This document shows, in pieces, positions 58,664-64,000 of a stretch of DNA of 64,000 nt. The stretch's first letter is position 1, and each line of letters begins with the position of its first letter. This DNA is from Eledone cirrhosa (Eukaryota): NCBI GenBank assembly GCA_964016885.1, contig OZ024764.1, forward strand, positions 28,024,001-28,088,000, given 5' to 3'. The notes beneath the pieces were generated by a model, which was not told the origin of the DNA, made no database searches, and saw only the letters and a program-made list of their open reading frames with translations. Both the position numbers and the translations under genes were made by a program.

Positions 58664-58884
58664 ATGGATGGATGTATATATATATATGTGTGTGTATATG
58701 TATGTATGTATGTGTGTGTGTATATACATGCTCAGTGGTGACATACACATATATATATATATATATATACATAAGCTAACTTACTGCTAACGTCTCCATC
58801 TCAGGCTTCGCAATTCACGCTCAAGTTTTCTCCTAAGAAAAAGAAAAACAAACGTAAGGTAGCAACACTTTGTCAGTCCATCAT

Positions 58885-59620
58885 GACACCTCCCTCTCTC
58901 ACGTCACCTCACACTACACCTCCCTCTCTCACGTCACCTCACACTACACCTCCCTCTCTCACGTCACCTCACACTACACTTCCCTCTCTCACGTCACCTC
59001 ACACGACACCTCCCTCTCTCACGTCACCTCACACTACACCTCCCTCTCTCACGTCACCTCACACTACACTTCCCTCTCTCACGTCACCTCACACGACACC
59101 TCCCTCTCTCACGTCACCTCACACTACACCACCACCACCACCGCACACCACACACCACCACCACCGCTACACCACACACCACCACACAACACTACACCAC
59201 CACTACACCACTACACTACACACCACACACCACTACCACTACCACACACCACAACCACCACTACACCACCACCACACACCACCACCACTACACCACCACC
59301 ACCACTACACCACACACCGCTACACCACACACCACACATCACCACTACACCACCACCACACACTACACCACCACCACCACTACACCACCACCACCGCTAC
59401 ACCACACACCACCACCACCACCACCACCACACCACACACCACCACCACCACTACACCACCGCACACCACCACGCTACACTACACACCACACACTACTACA
59501 CCACCACCACACACCACACACCACTACACCACCACCACCACCACCACTACACTACACACCACACACCACACACTACTACACCACCACCACACACCACACA
59601 CCACTACACCACCACCAAAG
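58885..59620. repeat. 30-bp minisatellite (8 units) followed by a (CAC)-rich tract
   Basis: ACACCTCCCTCTCTCACGTCACCTCACACT repeats. Confidence 0.9.
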
Positions 59621-60029
59621 AAAAATGTTAGTGAACCACAAACAACTCTCTCTCTCCTGCAGACCTAATGATTCCCTAACTACCCCCCCCCCCCCTACTA
59701 CTACCACCACCACCACTACTATTGCAACTACTACCACCACCACCACCACCACCACTACTATTGCAACTACTACCACCACCACCACTATTGTTACTATTAC
59801 TACCACCATCACTATTACTACTACTACTACTACTACTACTATTACTGCTACTACTGTGACACCTAACGGGATCTTCTGAAACTAATTTCAGAAGATCCCG
59901 TTAAAGGTGAAAGCAGCGATTCTTTGCTTAAACTTTAATCTATTATTTTAATAAATATCTGCTCTAGGGTTCTTATATATCTGATATATATTTATCCTTA
60001 TCGAGCCCTCTTTCGATTTTAGTCTTCAC

Positions 60030-60425
60030 ATTTATTATAAAACCATAATTATTTTATTATATATATTTCAAGGGCAACCAAGCTAATCTTGGTGCGCCTT
60101 CATCAGATAAAATACAAAATTTGTTTCATAAATATGACATAACCATGGAAAACAAACTATCCAGCAAATTTTCAACTGTCAAGGTTGTTTTCCATGATTA
60201 TGTCACTATTTATGAAACAAATTTTGTATTTTATCTGATGAAAGCGCACCAACATTGGCTTGGTTGCCCTTGAAATATATATATATAATAAAATAATTAT
60301 GGTTTTATATATATAGTTTCCATTTATTAATATATTGACTATTTACTCGTTTTGTTGAATGCTCTATATCAGTTATAAACTTTTAAGTTTGTTGGAATCC
60401 CAACAAATTAAATATAACTTCTACA
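60030..60425. mobile_element. Family C fold-back hammerhead element
   Basis: TATTTTAT-CTGATGA (60235-41), stem II, GAAA (60272-75), (TA)6, ATAAAATA. Mirrored left arm. Confidence 0.7.
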
Positions 60426-60442
60426 TATATATATATATATAT

Positions 60443-60624
60443 ACGTTATTCCGGGTTGAATCGGAGGTAACCACAGTAAGTAAGGTACTCAATACATAGC
60501 AGAGTATAACAGTTTTAATATAGAAGAGATTCTACAGGACTAGAACTGTTTCATTCATTAGAGATTCCTGATGATTTCTAATGAATAAAACAGTTCTAGT
60601 CCTGTAGAATCTCTTCTATATTAA

Positions 60625-60628
<4 letters not shown>
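60443..60628. mobile_element. Family A fold-back element, second copy
   Basis: Near-identical to 15571-15765. GAAA is mutated to AAAA in the right arm. Confidence 0.7.
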
Positions 60629-60668
<40 letters not shown>

Positions 60669-60676
<8 letters not shown>

Positions 60677-60980
60677 AGATCAAAAGATGGTTAAAAGAGT
60701 TCCATGTATTTTATTATGCGCATTTCAAAAACAAATATCATCATGGGATGATACTTGTGTTCTCATCAGATAATATCATGTCTCCCTATTTTATCTGATG
60801 AGAAGGCAAGTATCATCCCATGATGATATTTGTTTTTGAAATGTGCATAATAAAATACATGGAACTCTTTTAACCATCTTTTGATCTTATATTATTTATA
60901 CTCCAGTCCTATAAACTGTTGAGTGCTTCTTATCCGATATTTGCATTGCTTTATTGTGCTACAATAAAACTCACCACATA
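60669..60980. mobile_element. Fold-back hammerhead element, family E
   Basis: Arms of about 105 bp, TTGAGTGC about 50 nt from the 3' end, (TA)n flanks. Confidence 0.7.
60787..60857 (+). ncRNA. Minimal type I hammerhead ribozyme fold
   Basis: 8-bp stem I TATTTTAT/ATAAAATA, CTGATGA (60795-801), 16-bp stem II with GU pairs, GAAA (60838-41), near-palindromic T-GTGC-A stem III, AUA site after 60849. The minus-strand mirror (60707-60777) has perfect TGCGCA. Confidence 0.8.
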
Positions 60981-61309
60981 TATATATATATTTTATATAT
61001 ATATATTCAATTAGAAAGTGAACAACACAAAATATAACTACTCCATTCCCAAAGGTTTCTAGATCTCAGACAATATTAATATATGTCAGGATTGCTCGTT
61101 AGACAGGTTTGACGACCAATATTTTGACGACCAATATATATGGGAAGAGAGATATTTGATATATCTCATATGAAATAATACAGCCAATTTTCCACACAAT
61201 ACAATATAGTTAGCACCCCGAACGTTTAATTAGGAATATACTCAGGTATTTCCTAATGTTTGTTGAGTGAGTTGGAATTTGGCCAGAGTATCGCTTTTAG
61301 CTTTCTCCG

Positions 61310-61372
<63 letters not shown>

Positions 61373-61589
61373 CGAAGGAAATGTGGTAAGGAACCAGGTG
61401 AACCATAACGCACCAAAGTACTCAAAACTTAGGGTAGTAGAGTGGGTAATAGGAACGAGTAGGACCCCGACGGCTCAGCTCAAGCCGTTTCGACGGCTAA
61501 TTCTGGACTAAAAAAAAATATTTTTTTTTTTTTAGTCCAGAATTACCCGTCGAAACGGCTTGAACTCAGCCATCGGGGTCCTACTTGTT

Positions 61590-61654
<65 letters not shown>

Positions 61655-61655
<1 letters not shown>

Positions 61656-62055
61656 AGCAAAAGGGATATTTAATTTGTTGGTAATTCAACAAATATAAAT
61701 GTTTATAACTGATTCGAAGCACTCAACAGATTTTCTGGAGTATAATATTCAATGATATTAATAAATGGAAACTATATTTATTCTATTATATATATTTCAT
61801 GGGTACCAAAACTTTGGTACACTCTCATCACATAAAATACAAAGTTTGTTTTATAAATGTTGACATAACCAGAAAGGAGAACTTAACGGTTCAAGTTTTT
61901 CCTGGATAAATAAGTTCTCCTTCCTGGTTGTGTTAACATTTATAAAACAAACTTTGCATTTTATCTGATGAGGGCGTACCAAAGTTTTGGTACCCTTGAA
62001 ATATATATAATAGAATAAATATGGTTTTATAAATATGGTTTCCATTTATTAATAT

Positions 62056-62060
<5 letters not shown>
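61655..62060. mobile_element. Family C fold-back hammerhead element (full arm on the minus strand)
   Basis: CTGATGA (61965-71), GTACCAAA/TTTGGTAC stem II, GAAA (61998-62001), TATATATA. GCACTCAA in the left extension. Confidence 0.7.
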
Positions 62061-62132
<72 letters not shown>

Positions 62133-62561
62133 AATTGTATAAAAATATATATATGTGTGAATATGTATAAAAATCCCAAAGAAAAAATCCAAATTCAATA
62201 AACAGACCAGGATTTTTTCATTCTGAGGATTGAAAGCAACATTTTTTGCTTTTAAGAAACCATTGGTAAATGGAATAATTGCCTTATGTTGTTTATTACA
62301 TAACTATATATATATATAACAAGGGCAGTAGACCTGAGGGAACCTTGGCAGACCCCTATAATTATATTTTTCTACCCAAACTACCAAAACACACATCCAT
62401 TTGTATATGTGCTACAATTTATGTACATGTTATGGTTATTACACATCAATGTTCTTTAAATCTTCGTTGATATTTGATAACAGCTAAACTACAAATAAAC
62501 TGACAAAATTTCACTTCCACCCAGCTCCAATTCAGAAATGCTTCCATCACCCCTGTACACG

Positions 62562-62592
<31 letters not shown>

Positions 62593-62739
62593 TTGTGTAA
62601 CAGATGTATATGTGCGTGTACATACATACGTATATATATATATGCAAAATAGGGAGCGCACAGGAGAAAGATAATGGGAAAAAAATCAATAGAAAGACGA
62701 ATAGTTTCATCTCCTCAGTCAACCTCTAGAAATCACTAG

Positions 62740-62815
<76 letters not shown>

Positions 62816-62913
62816 TATATATATATAATATATATATATATAATATATATATAATATATAAATATATATATATATATATAAGTATACATATATGTATATA
62901 TATAAGTATACAT

Positions 62914-64000
62914 ATCATCATCATCATTTTACGTCCGCTTTTCCCTGCTTGCAAGGGTGGGACGGGTCTTATTCAGCACAGCATCTCTACACTCGTCACG
63001 GTCCCTCGTCATCTCCACCGTGAGCTTCAATGATCTGAGGTCTGTTCTCACCACCTCCGCCCATGTTTTTCGTGGTCTACCTCTACCACGTCTTCCTTCA
63101 ACTGGCATTTCCTGGCACTTCTTCACCCATCGGTCATCCTCCATGCGCATCACATGTCCATACCACCTCAGTCTCCTCTCCCGTACACTACATTCTATCC
63201 CTCTCAGACACAGTTTCTCTCTCAACACATTTATGCTGGGTCGTTCACGCACATTTACACTGCACATCCAACGGAGCATGCTTGCCTCATTTCTCTCCAG
63301 CCGTCGCATATCTTCTGCGGTAGCTGCCCATGTCTCACTACCATGCAGCATCGCGCTCCTCACACAGGCATCATACAACCGGCCTTTCGTACGCAGGGAG
63401 AAACCCTTCTTCGTCAACAGAGGAAGCAGCTCCCTAAACTTCTTCCAATCCGTCCTTATTCTAGATACTATGGCCTCGGAACACCCTCCTCCCATGCTAA
63501 TCTGATCTCCTAGGTACCGGAAGCTATCCACCACTTCTATAGCGCCCTCTCGCATTTGAAAAATGTGTCTATCAGTGCGACTTCTACTGTCTAATTTCCC
63601 TGTACATCTACTGCATACATATTTCTCCCTACCTGTTAGTTTGCCTGCTATCCCGCTACATCTCTTGTGTACCCAGGACCTGCATTGTGTGCATTTTATA
63701 GAATTTATGCCAGTTCCTTTTCTGCATATCGAACATGGCCATTTCCCTGACGGAATCAGGGTTTTGTCCTCTTTTCTACTCATCAACACTTTTGTCTTAG
63801 CTAGATTTACTCTCAGTCCTCTTGCTTCCAACTGCTGTTTCCATAGCCGGAATTTATTCTCTAGCTCCTCTACTGATTCTGCCATAAGAGCCAGATCGTC
63901 AGCATAGAGAAGTTCCCATGGACAGCCAGTCTTAAACTCCTCTGTTATGGCTTGGAGGACTATAATGAACAAGAGCGGGCTGAGGACCGAACCCTGATGT
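62914..64000 (-). mobile_element. RTE-clade LINE, open RT C-terminal half through to the (GAT)n tail
   Basis: HQGSVLSP, LLYADDL, FRYLG, RLRWYGHVMRM and GRPRKTW in one uninterrupted frame. The stop lies just before the (ATG)n tail. Confidence 0.95.

Overview
Repeat-rich, AT-rich animal genomic DNA, most likely a coleoid cephalopod such as Octopus. That assignment is inferred from the SINE types, the C2H2 style, the IL-17-like gene and the (TA)n density. All recognisable host genes are on the minus strand: Elongin B (probable ATG-only first coding exon at 19199-19201, exon 2 at 4633-4776), a divergent IL-17-like cystine-knot cytokine (24031-24441) with an AU-rich 3' UTR, a frameshifted C2H2 zinc-finger gene (~39555-40150), and the last coding exon of neurofibromin NF1 (49455-49928). 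The rest is RTE, CR1 and Penelope fragments, modular tRNA/CORE SINEs, TTAA-type MITEs, a Helitron-like element, and tandem arrays that grew inside these elements. Almost all long ORFs in the supplied track are repeat artefacts. The most striking signal is a set of at least six sequence-unrelated small fold-back (palindromic) element families embedded in (TA)n tracts. They carry type I hammerhead ribozyme folds, sometimes on both strands, and share a GAGYRC motif about 40-60 nt from their 3' end. They are probably non-autonomous Penelope-like elements and are densest in the last NF1 intron. Protein and family identities come from recalled motif similarity, not from database searches, and repeat boundaries are approximate.
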